A stretch of DNA of 64,000 bases from the NCBI RefSeq assembly GCF_009914755.1, contig NC_060937.1. One strand, written 5' to 3'. The first letter of the stretch is position 1; the number at the start of each line of letters is the position of its first letter. Shown here in pieces: positions 48,268-62,567 of this stretch. The position numbers and the translations under genes are program-made. A model generated the notes under the pieces. The model was not told the DNA's origin and did no database searches. It worked only from the letters and a program-made list of their open reading frames with translations. Source of the DNA: the human T2T-CHM13v2.0 reference genome, Homo sapiens.

Positions 48268-50019
48268 TAAAGGAAGAAAGGAAGGAAAGAAAGAAATAAG
48301 TTATTTGGTTAGTTATAACCAAATAACTAAATTAGAGTTGTGTTCCAAGAGCCAAAAGGGATGACCCAGTTTATTTGGAATGAAGTCTGCTGGTCAAGCT
48401 ACTGATGGAAAAAAGCTCAGGTATTACGTTAGGGCTATTATATCTTCAGAGCTCGAGCCAAAGAAATAAGAAAGAAGTTGTTGAAAAATATGGTGGGGCA
48501 TTTCCTATGTGAAAAAGAGGCCTGATAATTATCACATATAACATTTATTTAGTGATTTATAGTTCACAAAGAAACTTTATATATATTATCTAATTGAATT
48601 CCCATTACACTTGGATGTGATATTTATTTTACAGATAAAGATGTTGAGCCAAAGGTGTTAACTGGCTCTGACCACGGGCACACAGTGTGTCTTCTGCTCT
48701 AGCTACAATTTTTCACAATGAGATGAATATTTCAGGATGCATATTTCAGGATTCTATACATTGCATTATAGAAGGAGAAAGAAAGGGTAAGGAGACCACT
48801 GCAGAAATCTACGCTGAGCAAAGGAGATTCTGGACAATTAGTGGCAGTGAGAACAGAAAGGAAGGAGAACGTAGAAAACTGTCAAAGGCATAATCAACAG
48901 AGATGGATGACTAACTGGATTTAGGGGGCCGAGGCAAAGAGAATCAGAGCCCAAGGCGTGAGTGGAAGAATGCTGGTGCCATTTGCAGAAGCAGAGAGAA
49001 AGCTCCTTGATAATTCAGACTGGCGAATGCATTTGAGTTGGAGTGGAAACTGTTCATGTTGTAGCTCCTGCATCTAAAACTCAGTGGGTGCTCATAAATA
49101 GCTGTTCAGTAAATGAACAAATAATGGTTGAAGTAAGGGGAATGGGTCATCCTTTAAGAATAAAGCATTTGCTAAGAACAGAAAGCCAAGGGTCAGGCCT
49201 GGGTGAATGTCCTCAGTTGGGAGAGGCCAAAAAAGCCGGGGGCAGAGTGGGGAGGGGGTGGCAGGGAATAGGGTTAGTAATAGGAGAATTTGAGACAAAG
49301 GCCTGGGTAGGAATTCTAAAAGTTTATGGTTATTAGACCATGAAGGATGCTTTCTTACCGTTTCAGAAAAGGTATATAGTTTTAGGCATTTCTTCATTGT
49401 AGCAAAACATTGACTACCAGGTCCCTTTTGCTTTGGATAAAGAGGTTCCTCCCCAGTTCATTCACCCTTGCATTGTTTCTCACAGGGTCATCCCACAGAA
49501 CGTCTGACTTAGAATCACTTGGGACATTGCTAAGTCTATAGATTCCTGGGCCCCAATCCAGATTTCCCGAATCATACTTTGGGGGTACAACCTAGGAATG
49601 TAAATCTTTACAAGCTCCTCAGTGGTTTTCATGCACACTAAACTTTTAGAATCAGTGTTATATAATAAAAGATCAAATGACTGAGAAGAAGAGAATATGT
49701 TTAAAAATGACCAGATATGTAAATTAAAATCCTTAATACATTCCTGGGAACATGCTCAGTGTTTGTGGAAGTGTGAAAGGCAAAGCAACACTGACCAGAA
49801 ATAAATTCTGGAAAGCACCCTGAAGAAACTGTTTTGAACAAACAGGTTAATTTATCTCTGGTTTGCATCCAAACCCAGTGACACCAAGTTGGATGGTAAC
49901 CAGAAAGCGTTATGGAATCTCTTTAGGTGAGTGATAGTTTAGGGAGGTGAACATTGCTGGTTTGACATTCAACCTTAAAACGAACATCAGAGTTTTTCAG
50001 TTCACATGTTTTCTCTTAC

Positions 50020-50099
50020 TGAACAATTTCCTAATGAAGTACTGGAAAAGACAACCTTTTTCTCCATTACTATTTGGAATTTTAGATCACATACATCGC
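50020..50099 (-). pseudogene. TPTE2P1: TPTE2-like exon (80 nt; alternative acceptor at 50111)
   Basis: (G)DVCDLKFQIVMEKKVVFSSTSLGNCS; GTAAGA donor. Confidence 0.9.
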
Positions 50100-50402
50100 C
50101 TGTTCCAACACCTAAATGAAATTAAAAAGTTAGGTTGGTTAGCGTGAACATCAATATGTCTCACCAATTAACATCATGGATTAAAAAGAGAAAAAATTAT
50201 CCAAGCTAACAATGTATCAATAGTTACTTATTTGGTCTTGCATGGATTTTGTCTTTGAAAGACAAGGCTTCAAGCCTAGTTCTGTCTCTTAAAGCAGATT
50301 TTATAAGACTAGAGAAGAGAAAAAATATATATATATAGTTCAGCTTCAAAGACTTAGAATCCCATCACTTTATCTTTCCAGAAAAAATATTTAGGGAAGG
50401 TA

Positions 50403-50747
<345 letters not shown>

Positions 50748-52035
50748 CTAATATGTTGCTTTCTTCAGACTTCTAATCATAATGATTCTTAATAATAAAT
50801 ACTGTAGTTTAACTACTTTGGCCCTACTTTAAGGCCAGTTCCTGATGCAATCTCTATAAAAATATAGGATAGTTTTATCCAAAAATTCCCGTGGTGTTCA
50901 GTATATATTTATAGACAAAGGCTCTTTTGTTCCTTTTTTTCAATTCAAATGACCCACTTCCCTCAGCATTTCCTCAAAGACTTGGTTTCTCAGCCAATTA
51001 ATTGTTTTATTGCTTTCCTCTCAACTCTACATTAATTTTAATTCAAATATGTACAAAGCTAAAGGTAGAAAATTAAAACAAATATTTTAATAAACTAGTG
51101 TATTAATTATCTTTGATTGCTCATCTCATATGCTGTTTGTTTTCTTTTCATTTAGTTTTGTTTTCACTAACACCATGATATTCATTTGTCATTAGAAATC
51201 ACAGTTTCTTGCCTCAGTTCCCTCTTTCCCATTCCAGGTGCAGAACTTCTTTCTATTGATGTCTACCAGAAATCAGTGAAATGTAGAACTAAACTCAGAA
51301 GGCTAAAAATACTAGGCTGTCTGTGTGGACACCAGCATCCTGGCCCCATGGCACCTATAGCACCCAGCACTGGCACCATCTCAGGTCCACAAGCTGGCTG
51401 CTAGAAGAGGTTTGCTTTAGGGGTTCCAAAGCATCACCTCCCTGCTACCTCTCTGGCAGTGGGAGTGGTGAGGCCCCATTCCTTCCACACAGACACATCC
51501 TGCTTTCCCGCCTCCCCTGAGTGTAAGCTGGGAGTGAGAGGGTTACAGATGGAGGAGAGAGGGGAAAGGGAGAGCCCAGGGTGATGAGAAAAAAAATGCC
51601 TCTAAAAGAAGGTGAGAAAATGATACGATACGGAGACACCTCCACCAAGGCAAACTCTGAACTAGAGGTGGTTCTGAGAAATAAGCAGGCTTGAGGGCAC
51701 ATGGGTCCTCCTCCTCCCTCATCAGAGGCTCCCTCTGCCCGGAAAAGTCCACCTGGGTTGAGACCGGAGGAGCAATGAGAACAGGAGAGACGGGAAGGGG
51801 ATGAAGTCCCCCAAGTTGGTGATGGAAAAGAAAAAGTGAAGAACATCTCAGGGCTGGCAATCAATGGGCAATTGCAGGAGGAGCGGCATAAATAAGGAGG
51901 AGTTCCTGTGTGACAATATGTAAAAAGACAGGTATGAGTTAGGCTCACTTGTATATATAACTATGAGCAAAACTCTCCCAGAGTGGGGACATTGGCCCTC
52001 CTGCCCAATTCTTCAATTACACATAAAGCACTTAC

Positions 52036-52141
52036 CACGAATTGAATAAATAATGAATCTTTTTATAAAGAGTATCCGTCTTGGAGGGAGATTCCAGTTG
52101 TACAGATGTTTCACTTGTGCAAAATATCCAACATATCTATT
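52036..52141 (-). pseudogene. TPTE2P1: TPTE2-like exon (106 nt) with dead acceptor
   Basis: [35 protein letters not shown](G). Preceded by CAC rather than CAG; GTAAGT donor intact. Confidence 0.9.
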
Positions 52142-52754
52142 GTGAAAAGCAACAGAAATCTTCCTTTAAGTGGAGATGAAGTCTAAAGTCAGCATTCCTT
52201 TTTTTTTTTTTTTTGCATAAAGCTTGTTAATGGAGGTAAGTAATTAAGAAAACATTTACTGGATGCCATTATATAACTGGACATTTTTAGGGATGCTGCC
52301 CCACAACTATCTACCTTGAGGGAAAAATACTGAATTCAGTGCAATGGGGAAGTAACAAGGATGGAGCCAGGCCCTGTTTGTAGGCTGCTTATGGTTGAGA
52401 GGGCAACTAATCAGAAGCACAACAAAACAGTTACAGCATCATCAGTGTCCAGATAGAAGCTTAGTTGTGACTGAGTTAGAGGAAGGCTTGTGGTTTGGTG
52501 AAGAGCAGCTTCCTGGGCATCAGAGAATGGTATAAGTGAAAACTCCAGAGGAATACCTCCATACCTCAGTAGCAGGTTTCCCATCATTCTTCTCTTGTTC
52601 CTGATGCTAGAATTCTTCACTTTGCATTTCCTCAATTCTGTTTTCTCAAGGAAGCCCTGGAATTCTCTCAGTCTTGTCCTTTCCCTGGGGCAAGCTGTTC
52701 ACAACGGTTCTCCCCTGAATCTTTCTTCAAGGTATTGAAGAGCTCTGGTACTCA

Positions 52755-53098
<344 letters not shown>

Positions 53099-55315
53099 CT
53101 CATAGGTTCACAGACTGTTCCTTACCCATTGGGAAATGCTCATTAAAGTAACTAACTGCCATACTTCCCTTTAGAAAGGGCCAGTCATGAGATAGGCTCA
53201 TGAAAGTCCTCCACTTAGGAGTAGATGTAGTCAGTAGAATGGCCCACAATGCAGGATCAGAATGTGATGGTGTCTGAGAATCACCACCAGACACAGAGGG
53301 CACTCTGTCCTGAGGTCTTGCCAACACAGCTCTCAAACGTGCAGCTGAATCCCTTTGTTGCTTTTTTAGTGAATCAGAAGAGATTCAGTTGCAGCTTTGG
53401 TGTGCTAGTTCTGGACTAAAGTTAGGGAAACTATGCACGACTGCAGAAGAAATGGGGATGAGGAGATGTGTGGGGGAGAGTTGTTGAAGGAGCTCCACCT
53501 AGCATCCCCTTAGCTTCTGCCACTAGATTCTCCACCTTTCCCTAAGGGCTGTAAACCACCAGGGCCCTCAAGCTGCTTGTGCTCCCACGCTTCCTTCTCC
53601 TACAACTTAAAACAACATGGACTTGTAGTAGAAATTAATACAACCAACACATAGGAGGCACTCACTACAAACAACAAGATATTATGAGAAAAGGGTGGAA
53701 AGATGGGTAAGCCATGGGCTTTGCCTTTAAAGGGGATACAGAAGTCACCACTTCAAATAACTAGAGAATGATGCAAAGTGACGTAGTCCCTAAAAGAAAC
53801 ACAAAGGGCTCTAAGAATTGAAAAAGCAAGAGACTACTTCAGGCTGAGAAGGGAAAGGGACTCTAGGAAAAGGGGCATGAGCAACGGCATGAGGGTATCA
53901 AGTGTCCATAGGCTGGGAAAGAGCACACAGTCTAAATGTGTTGGAGTATGGGATGTGTGCATGCACATAGTGGAAGAGAAGGTTGGAAAAGTCAAACTGT
54001 GGCTCTTGAGTGCCAGGTTGAAACGTTTAGTTTATTGCCATTGGCAGTGGGGACATAGTATGGATTTTGAGCATGGAAATGGCATGATTAGGGCTGCACT
54101 TCAGTAAATTCACTTATCACTTTTAGCTTAGGGTCTATGAATATCTTTGTTTTGTTTTGTTTTGTTTTGTTTTGGGCTTGGGTGTGGGAGAAAAGTATCA
54201 GTGGATAAGGCTGAGTTCTTCTGGCCCAAACTAAAGGTTTAGGGCCAGTAGTTAGAGTGTTCTTCTAACGGGGCCAAGAGTACTTACTCAGCTCCCACCA
54301 CTTAAAGAAAAACTCATTTACAGCCACATCCAAATCCATTTCGGAATTCCCAACCCACTCTCACTTCAGTTTCAGGGGCAATATAGAAAAGGCAATATAA
54401 ATGAGAAGCTGTGCACAAAAAGGGCTTCAGAGACTGACATCTAGATTTCAGTCCTTGGTTCAAAAGTTACTTTCTATGAACCTCAATTTTCTAATTTATA
54501 AGATGAGAATCATAGTAGTGCCTACTCATAGAGTTACTGAGAATATTAAATGAGATAGTGAATATAGAACTCTTAGAATAGTTCAGCAAAGTCTAGAATG
54601 TTGTAAATGCTATAGGATAAACATCCTGGTTTCTGCAATAAACAAATTACAAGTAATAAAAAATGGTGAGAAATCTATAAACTCAGATTCTTAAAAGAGA
54701 CTTAGGAGACACAGCAACCAAATGAAATGTGTGGACTTTGTTTGAATTCTGATTAAACAAACTAAATTTTCAAAGATTTTAAGACAATTTTGGAAACAAA
54801 CATGGAGTACAAATTTGATATGAAGGATTTTTAAGGTATAATATTTTTAGATATGATAAAAAGTGTTAAGGTTTTTTGTTGTTGTTTTAAGAGTACTTAA
54901 ATGTCATAAAATGCTGTGGGATAAAATGATCTGATGACTGAAATTTCCTTTAAAATAACTCAGATTTAGGGAAAGCAAGAGTGGAGAGTGGGGTTGAGGG
55001 GTGTGAGTGGAGTGGGAAAGAATGGATGAAATGTGGCTGGCTGCCGGCTGAAATGACTGTTGCAGCAATGTGATGACTATATGTGGATATATTGTATGAT
55101 TCTCTGGACTTTTGTGTATGATTAAAATTCTCTATAACAAAATGTTTCTAAAAGAAAAAACAGAGTAACAGTGTATATTTCATATAGGTGTTATGGGTAT
55201 TAAATGAGATATGTAAAAGTGCAATACTGTCTGGGATACAGAAGGGGTTTTGAAAAGTTTATTTCTCCTTTTATTTTCTCTTTTAAAATACACCTCCCCC
55301 ACAACACACAGAAAA

Positions 55316-55316
<1 letters not shown>

Positions 55317-55346
<30 letters not shown>
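55317..55346. repeat. (CA)n microsatellite
   Basis: Direct observation. Confidence 0.9.
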
Positions 55347-55347
<1 letters not shown>

Positions 55348-55780
55348 AGGAGTCATCCAAAAACAGTCTTTGTAATGTTCTGCAAGGGTTGAATTGCCCT
55401 AGTAAGGGTTTGTGAAAGACTTGGATCTTTTTTACATTGAAATCAAAGGCTGGTGATTTTAGATACACTTCAGGGTCCTGGAGCCTTGGGTACTGGACCT
55501 TCCTACTTTGGGAAAATAATCAACTCCTGAGCTCCATAAACAATAACCAGTATAGAATAGAAAGCAGGATTCTCTGAGGAGAAGCCAGAGTCCCCAGCAT
55601 GTGGGCAGCACCTAAAGCGTGACCCTCAGACTCAGGGAGGGACCAAGGCCTGTTGCAGGGCACCCAACTGCTGCTGCCTGATCACCAAAGGAGAAGAGTC
55701 TAAAGTGAAACCAAATAACAGGTGGCAATCTTAACCCACTCCCCTAAAAAAAACCTCCCATTTTTAAAAAGAAAACTTAC

Positions 55781-55861
55781 CTGAGAAGGAGTTTCTAGTC
55801 CCTGAAATTTACTGCTGTGGGTTTTATCTGTTTGCCTTTCTCCAAAATAATACAGGCTTTC
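55781..55861 (-). pseudogene. TPTE2P1: TPTE2-like exon (81 nt, TI-loop region)
   Basis: [27 protein letters not shown]; AG/GT intact. Confidence 0.92.
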
Positions 55862-55967
55862 CTGCAAAAAAGGGTACAATCCAACCATGGTTCATCTGCA
55901 CTCTTTCCTTTCCTATATTAGGTACCCTTAGGGTTTCTACGCCTACCTTCTTTCCTAAAGTCAGTGA

Positions 55968-56275
<308 letters not shown>

Positions 56276-56594
56276 TGATCTTTGGGCAGAAGCTACCGAA
56301 AATAACAAAATTAGGACTTCTCTCATTCAAGGATTCATACATTCATAAAATTTTAGAGCTGGAAAGACCTTAGAAAGCATCTGGTCCAACCCTTCTTTCC
56401 ATATTACAAATGACAACACTGAAACCAAAAGAAAACCAAGCAACCTGCCAAGGAGATGCTGCAGCCAGTTAGAAGCAGCACAGGTCTGGAATACAGGTCC
56501 CTGGATCTCAGTCTAGGGCTCCGGATCAATGGCTGTCAATGACTTTCAAACCTTTTGTTTTTTAAGCTGCAATCCACATTAATAAACCTAGGAG

Positions 56595-56603
56595 ACACAC
56601 ACA

Positions 56604-56636
<33 letters not shown>
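56595..56636. repeat. (CA)n microsatellite, one interruption
   Basis: Direct observation. Confidence 0.9.
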
Positions 56637-57661
56637 CCCCCAATATTTAAACCTTTTGATATTTTCTATTCTGCTCTATTCCATTTTATTTTTAAAAGAT
56701 GTCAGTTACAACCCAGTAACTTTATTTTACAACTCACTGATAAATCATGATCCATAGCTTGAAAAACACCATCCTAGAACACCCATTTTCAAAATCTTTG
56801 TATCTCAAATTAGAGAAAGCAAAGGTGGTGGAATGGGAGTGCTGGGCATTGTGCACAACCACCACCTCTTCCCTAGACTGCAGGCCAAACAACTCGAGCA
56901 GAGCTGCTGGAAATGGTAGCATCTCAGCAAGAAAATGGCAGAAAGAAAAATAATTGAGAACTCTGCTTTAAGTGGAAACAGCCCACCTTGTCTTATCAGA
57001 AATTTCTAGAGGTCACAGACTCCACATGTATTGACTAAGCAAAGATATTTACATTCAGGAGAGGCTTTGTTTTGAGTTGTGAAATGTTGCTTTTTATCTA
57101 CCTAAGAGTTGTGAGGATGGGCAAGGCTCTTTGGAGAATTTATCTAATTAAGCTTGATACTATTCTCACGAGGAAGGAAGAAGTCATGGTACTGGCAGGA
57201 GTGAGAACAGGGCCAGGTGAAGTGAGGGAAGTATCTTGATTACTGAATTTTTTTTCTGTGTAACATGGCTTTACTCCCCTCACCTTAATCCTGCCCCATC
57301 AGGTCTTGTCTTTATTTAAAATGTTGATATTGTATACAGCATAGATATTTTGCATTAATTTTTATTAAAATATTGCGTTAAAATTATTTATTTTAATTAT
57401 TACAATTTTTAGCATTCCCTTAAATGTTGCACCTCATTGACCTCACTCTAGTCCTGGCCCAAAGAGATTCTGCAGTCAGCTACTAACTAGTGCAGATTAA
57501 ACAAGAAAGTATCAAAAACAGACTTTCTAAAAACTGCTTCTCTAATTACAGTTTTACTAAGCACCATGAATCAAATAATCATCTTAACGTCCTACCAGTG
57601 ATGTTTCAGAACTAGCAAACTCAATCATCATAAGACAAATTTTGTAGAACATCTTTCATAC

Positions 57662-57723
57662 CTCTGCAGTTAAAAATATTTTGGAGGCAATAAGGCAGGC
57701 ACAAACCATAGTTCCGGTTCTTC
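57662..57723 (-). pseudogene. TPTE2P1: TPTE2-like exon (62 nt) carrying the Arg of the CX5R loop
   Basis: (G)RTGTMVCACLIASKIFLTAE. The HCKGGK exon is not in the window. Confidence 0.92.
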
Positions 57724-59934
57724 CTAGAAAAGAAAAGTATTTCAAGGAACATACGTGGTATAAAAATACACTCAGAAATATTCAAGGAGTGCATTTTAAG
57801 TTGATTTTTCTTTTTTTTGAGACAGGGTCTTGTGTCACGCAGGCTGGAGTGCAGTGGCACAATCTTGGCTCATTGCAACCTCTGCCTCACAGGTGAAAAA
57901 TACGCAAATTACATTTACAGTAAAAATATCTCTCACCATCTCTCCACAAAAGGACACGATGAGGTTTTTACTAAATCTGTAAGAAAGCAACAATTATGTC
58001 TTTTATAATTTTTTTGGATAATAGTAAAAAAGAAAAATTCCCAACTCATTGAGTACATTAATATAACTGATTCCAAAATTGCACAAATACAGTAGGATAT
58101 TTTTACACCAGTCTCACATATAAATGTAGATTTTAAAATATACATATATTTTCAAAGTGAATTCAGCAATGTAGAAACACCATGTATCAACACCAAGTGC
58201 CATTTCTCTTAAGGATGCAAGGATTTTTTTCCAAGATGGCAGATTACAGGCTTTTAGCATGCCTCAGTCATTTGGAAATAGCAAGCAAGTACATAAAGAC
58301 CAACTCTGTGAGCTTTAATTCAAGAAAGAAAATGGCAATTCCCCAGAATGATGAAGGACATCCCAGATCCTGGGGAGGACATTGCAGGCAAGCAGCCCTC
58401 AGGACAGCATTTGACTGATAAAAGTGAGTGAAGCCTCAGTATGTGAGAGAGGCAGACAGCATCCCTCTGTCTCACCTTTCCACTGGAGATCCACGCAACC
58501 CGGGCAGAGGAAGAGATTGTTTCTCCCAAACCTTGACGATCATTTGAGGAAAGACTTGGAGACTTTGTGGGGGAAAGACACAGGGAAACGCTGCCGGCAT
58601 TGTCCCAAACCTGGACTGGGAGCAGGACAACACTGGGGGAATCTTCCCTATCTGGCTCCACCCATCTTGTGCCCCCAATCCCCAATCTGAGGGAGCTCAG
58701 ATTAATGTGTACTCAGGAAATCAGCCCATTCCTGGGGCAGCAGAAAGCTCCTCCCAATAAACAAGGATCAAGTACACAGCCAGCAGCACTGGCAACAGCC
58801 AGCTCTTACCCATGGCGCCATCTACTGGCTTGTAGGTCAAACCACACACCCAATATAAAACCTGCTGGCAGAAGTGCATAGGGCTGCAGAAGCAAAGCCA
58901 AAAGACCCTACCCAGCATGCTCTACAGCCACACCCCCTAGAGAGGAGGGAAAGGGAAAGAAGAAAAAAAATAACAATAATATTATAGAAAAGGAAAGAAA
59001 AAGAAAAAATCCTACCCAATCAAAAATAATTACACAAATTAGAAGTGCTAGTATCTCCAGATGAGAGGGACCCACGCAAGAATTCTGGCACCATGAGAAA
59101 TCTGAATGTAGTGACACTACCAAAGGATCACACTAGCTCTCTGGCAATGCTTCGTGCCAAAATGAAAACTCAGAGATGACAATAAACATTTCAAAGCTTG
59201 GGTTGCAAGGAAGCTCAATGAGATTCAAGGTTGAAATCAACAAAAAGAAACTTCTACATCAATCCAGGAAATGAAGGAAGAGATAAACATCTTAATAAGA
59301 AATCAATCAGAACTTCTAGAATTAAAAAAAACTCACTTAAGGAATTTCAAAATACAACTGAAAGCTTTATCAATAGACTGGACAAAGTAGAAAACATAAT
59401 TTCAGAGCTTGAAGACTGGTCTTTTGAACTAATCCAGTCAGACAAAGATAAAGAAAAAAGATTTTTTAAAAGTGAAGAAAGTCAGAAATATGAGATTATG
59501 TAAAGTGATCAAACCTACGAATTACTGGCATGCCCTAGAGAGAAACAGAAAAAGAAAACAGCCTGGAAAACATATTTGATGGAATAATTCAAGAAAATTT
59601 ATTGAATCTTGCTAGATAGACATCTAAGTACAATAAAGCCAGACAGCACCTGTGAGATACTATAAAAAATGAACATTACCAAGGCATATACTCACCAGAC
59701 TGTCCAAGGTCACTGTCAAAGAAAAAGCCCTAAAGGCACTGGAGAAAAAGGCCAGATCACATACAAAGGTAGCCCCATCAGGATAACAGCAGACTTCTCA
59801 GCAGAAACCTTAGAAGCCAGGAGAGATTGAGGGATCTATTTTCAGAATTGTTAAAGAAAATAAATTATAATCAACAGATTCATATCCTGCCAAACTAAGC
59901 TTCCTGAGTGAAGGAGAAATAAAAACATTTTTCT

Positions 59935-61984
59935 TTTTTTTTTTTTAAATTTATTTTTTATTTATTTTTTTTTATTGATCATTCTTGGGTGTTTCTTGCA
60001 GAGGGGGATTTGGCAGGGTCATAGGACAATAGTGGAGGGAAGGTCAGCAGATAAACAAGTGAACAAAGGTCTCTGGTTTTCCTAGGCAGAGTGTGTGTGT
60101 CCCTGGGTACTTGAGATTAGGGAATGGTGATGACTCTTAACGAGTATGCTGCCTTCAAGCATCTGTTTAACAAAGCACATCTTGCACCGCCCTTAATCCA
60201 TTTAACCCTGAGTGGACACAGCACATGTTTCAGAGAGCACAGGGTTGGGGGTAAGGTCATAGATCAACAGGATCCAAAGGCAGAAGAATTTTTCTTAGTA
60301 CAGAACAAAATGAAAAGTCTCCCATGTCTACTTCTTTCTACACAGACACAGCAACCATCCGATTTCTCAATCTTTTCCCCACCTTTCCCCCTTTTCTATT
60401 CCACAAAACCGCCACTGTCATCATGGCCCGTTCTCAATGAGCTGTTGGGTACACCTCCCAGACGGGGTGGTGGCCGGGCAGAGGGGCTCCTCACTTTCCA
60501 GTAGGGGCGGCCGGGCAGAGGCGCCCCTCACCTCCCGGACGGGGCGGCTGGCCGGGCAGGGGGCTGACCGCCCCCTACCTCCCTCCCGGACGGGGCGGCT
60601 GGCCGGGCGGGGATCTGACCCCCCCCCCGCCTCCCTCCCGGATGGGGCGTCTCGCCTGGCGGGGGGCTGACCCCCCCACCTCCCTCCCGGACGGGGCGGC
60701 TGGCCGGGCGGGGGGCTGACCCCCCCACCTCCCTCCCGGACGGGGCGGCTGGCCGGGTTGGGGGCTGACCCCCCCACCTCCCTCCCGGACGGGGTGGCTG
60801 GCCGGGCGGGGGGCTGACCCCCCCACCTCCCTCCCGGACGGGGCGGCTGGCCGGGCGGGGGGCTGACTCCCCCACCTCCCTCCCGGACGGGGCGGCTGGC
60901 GAGGCAGAGGGGCTCCTCACTTCCCAGTAGGGGCAGCCGGGCAGAGGCGCCCCTCATCTCCCGGACGGGGCGGCTGGCCAGGCGGGGGGCTGACCCCCCC
61001 ACCTCCCTCCCGGACGGGGCGTCTCGCCTGGCGGGGGGCTGACCCCCCCCCACCTCCCTTCCGGACGGGGTGGCTGCCGGGCGGAGACGCTCCTCACTTC
61101 CCAGACGGGGTGGCAGCCGGGCGGAGGGGCTCCTCACTTCTCAGATGGGGCGGCGGGGCAGAGGCGCTCCCCACATCTCAGACGATGGGCGGCCGGGCAG
61201 AGACGCTCCTCACTTCCCAGATGTGATGGCGGCCGGGAAGAGGCGCTCCTCACTTCTCAGATGGGGCGGCTGCCGGGCGGAGGGTCTCCTCACTTCTCAG
61301 ACGGGGCGGCGGGGCAGAGGCGCTCCCCACATCTCAGACGATGGGCGGCCGGGCAGAGACGCTCCTCACTTCCCAGATGTGATGGCGGCCGGGAAGAGGC
61401 GCTCCTCACTTCCTAGATGGGATGGCGGCCGGGCAGAGACGCTCCTCACTTTCCAGACTGGGCAGCCAGGCAGAGGGGCTCCTCACATCCCAGACAATGG
61501 GTGGCCAGGCAGAGACGCACCTCACTTCCCAGACGGGGTAGCGGCCGGGCAGAGGCTGCAATCTCGGCACTTTGGGGGGCCAAGGCAGGCGGCTGGGAGG
61601 TGGAGGTTGTAGCCGAGATCACGCCACTGCACTCCAGCCTGGGCACCATTGAGCACTGAGTTAACGAGACTCCATCTGCAATCCCGGCACCTCGGGAGGC
61701 CGAGGCTGGCGGATCACTCGCGGTTAGGAGCTGGAGACCAGCCCGGCCAACACAGCGAAACCCCGTCTCCACCAAAAAAATACGAAAACCCGTCAGGCGT
61801 GGCGGCGCGCGCCTGCAATCGCAGGCACTCGGCAGGCTGAGGCAGGAGAATCAGGCAGGGAGGTTGCAGTGAGCCGAGATGGCAGCAGCACAGTCCAGCT
61901 TTGGCTCGGCATGAGAGGGAGACCGTGGAAAGAGAGGGAGAGGGAGAGGGAGACCGTGGAAAGAGAGGGAGAGGGAGAGGGAGC
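59935..61984 (-). mobile_element. Full-length SVA (SVA_D-like) inserted in L1 ORF1
   Basis: Poly-T, SINE-R about 59970-60440, GC-rich VNTR to about 61540, Alu-like domain and CCCTCT hexamers. Exact 16-bp TSD ATAAAAACATTTTTCT (59919-59934 / 61985-62000). Confidence 0.97.
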
Positions 61985-62258
61985 ATAAAAACATTTTTCT
62001 AGAGAAGCAAATGCCAAGAGAGTTCATTACCACTAGACCAGTCTTACAAGAGATGCCTAAGGGAGTTCTAAACATGGAAATGAAAGAATGATACCTGCTA
62101 TCATAAAAACACACTTAAGTACACAGCTCACAGACCCTATAAAACAACCATACAATAGAAAGTACAAAAAAACCAGCTAACAATTTCATGATAGGGTGAA
62201 AAGCTCACATGTCAATAGTAACCTTGAATGTAAACACACCACTTAAAAGTCACAGAGT

Positions 62259-62567
62259 GGGCTGGGTGCGGTGGCTATTCCTGTAATCCCAGCACTTTGG
62301 GAGGCCAAAGCAGGCAGATCACAAGGTCAGGAGATCGAGACCATCCTGGCCAATGTGGTGAAACCCTGTCTCTACTAAAAATATAAAAATTAGCCAGGCG
62401 TGATGGCACATGCCTATAATCCCAGCTACTCAGGAGGCTGAGGCAGGAGAATCACTTGAACCTGGGAGTCAGAGGTTGCAGTGAGCCAATATCATGCCAC
62501 TGCACTCTAGCCTGATGACACAGTGAGATTCTGAAAATAAATAAATAAATAAATAAATAAATAAAAA
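62259..62567 (+). mobile_element. AluSc
   Basis: TSD aaaagtcacagagtg on both flanks. Confidence 0.9.

Noticed and set aside
51445-51948. 167-aa minus-strand ORF
   Set aside because: Non-ATG start, pyrimidine-rich low-complexity intron sequence and no recognisable homology.
60440-61540. Regular 35-50 bp repeat array that superficially resembles a CRISPR array
   Set aside because: No unique spacers; it is the SVA VNTR, bounded by SINE-R, hexamers and a TSD.
60421-61775. Long GC-rich ORFs (238, 180 and 130 aa)
   Set aside because: They are translations of the SVA VNTR and Alu-like domain, open because of repeat composition.
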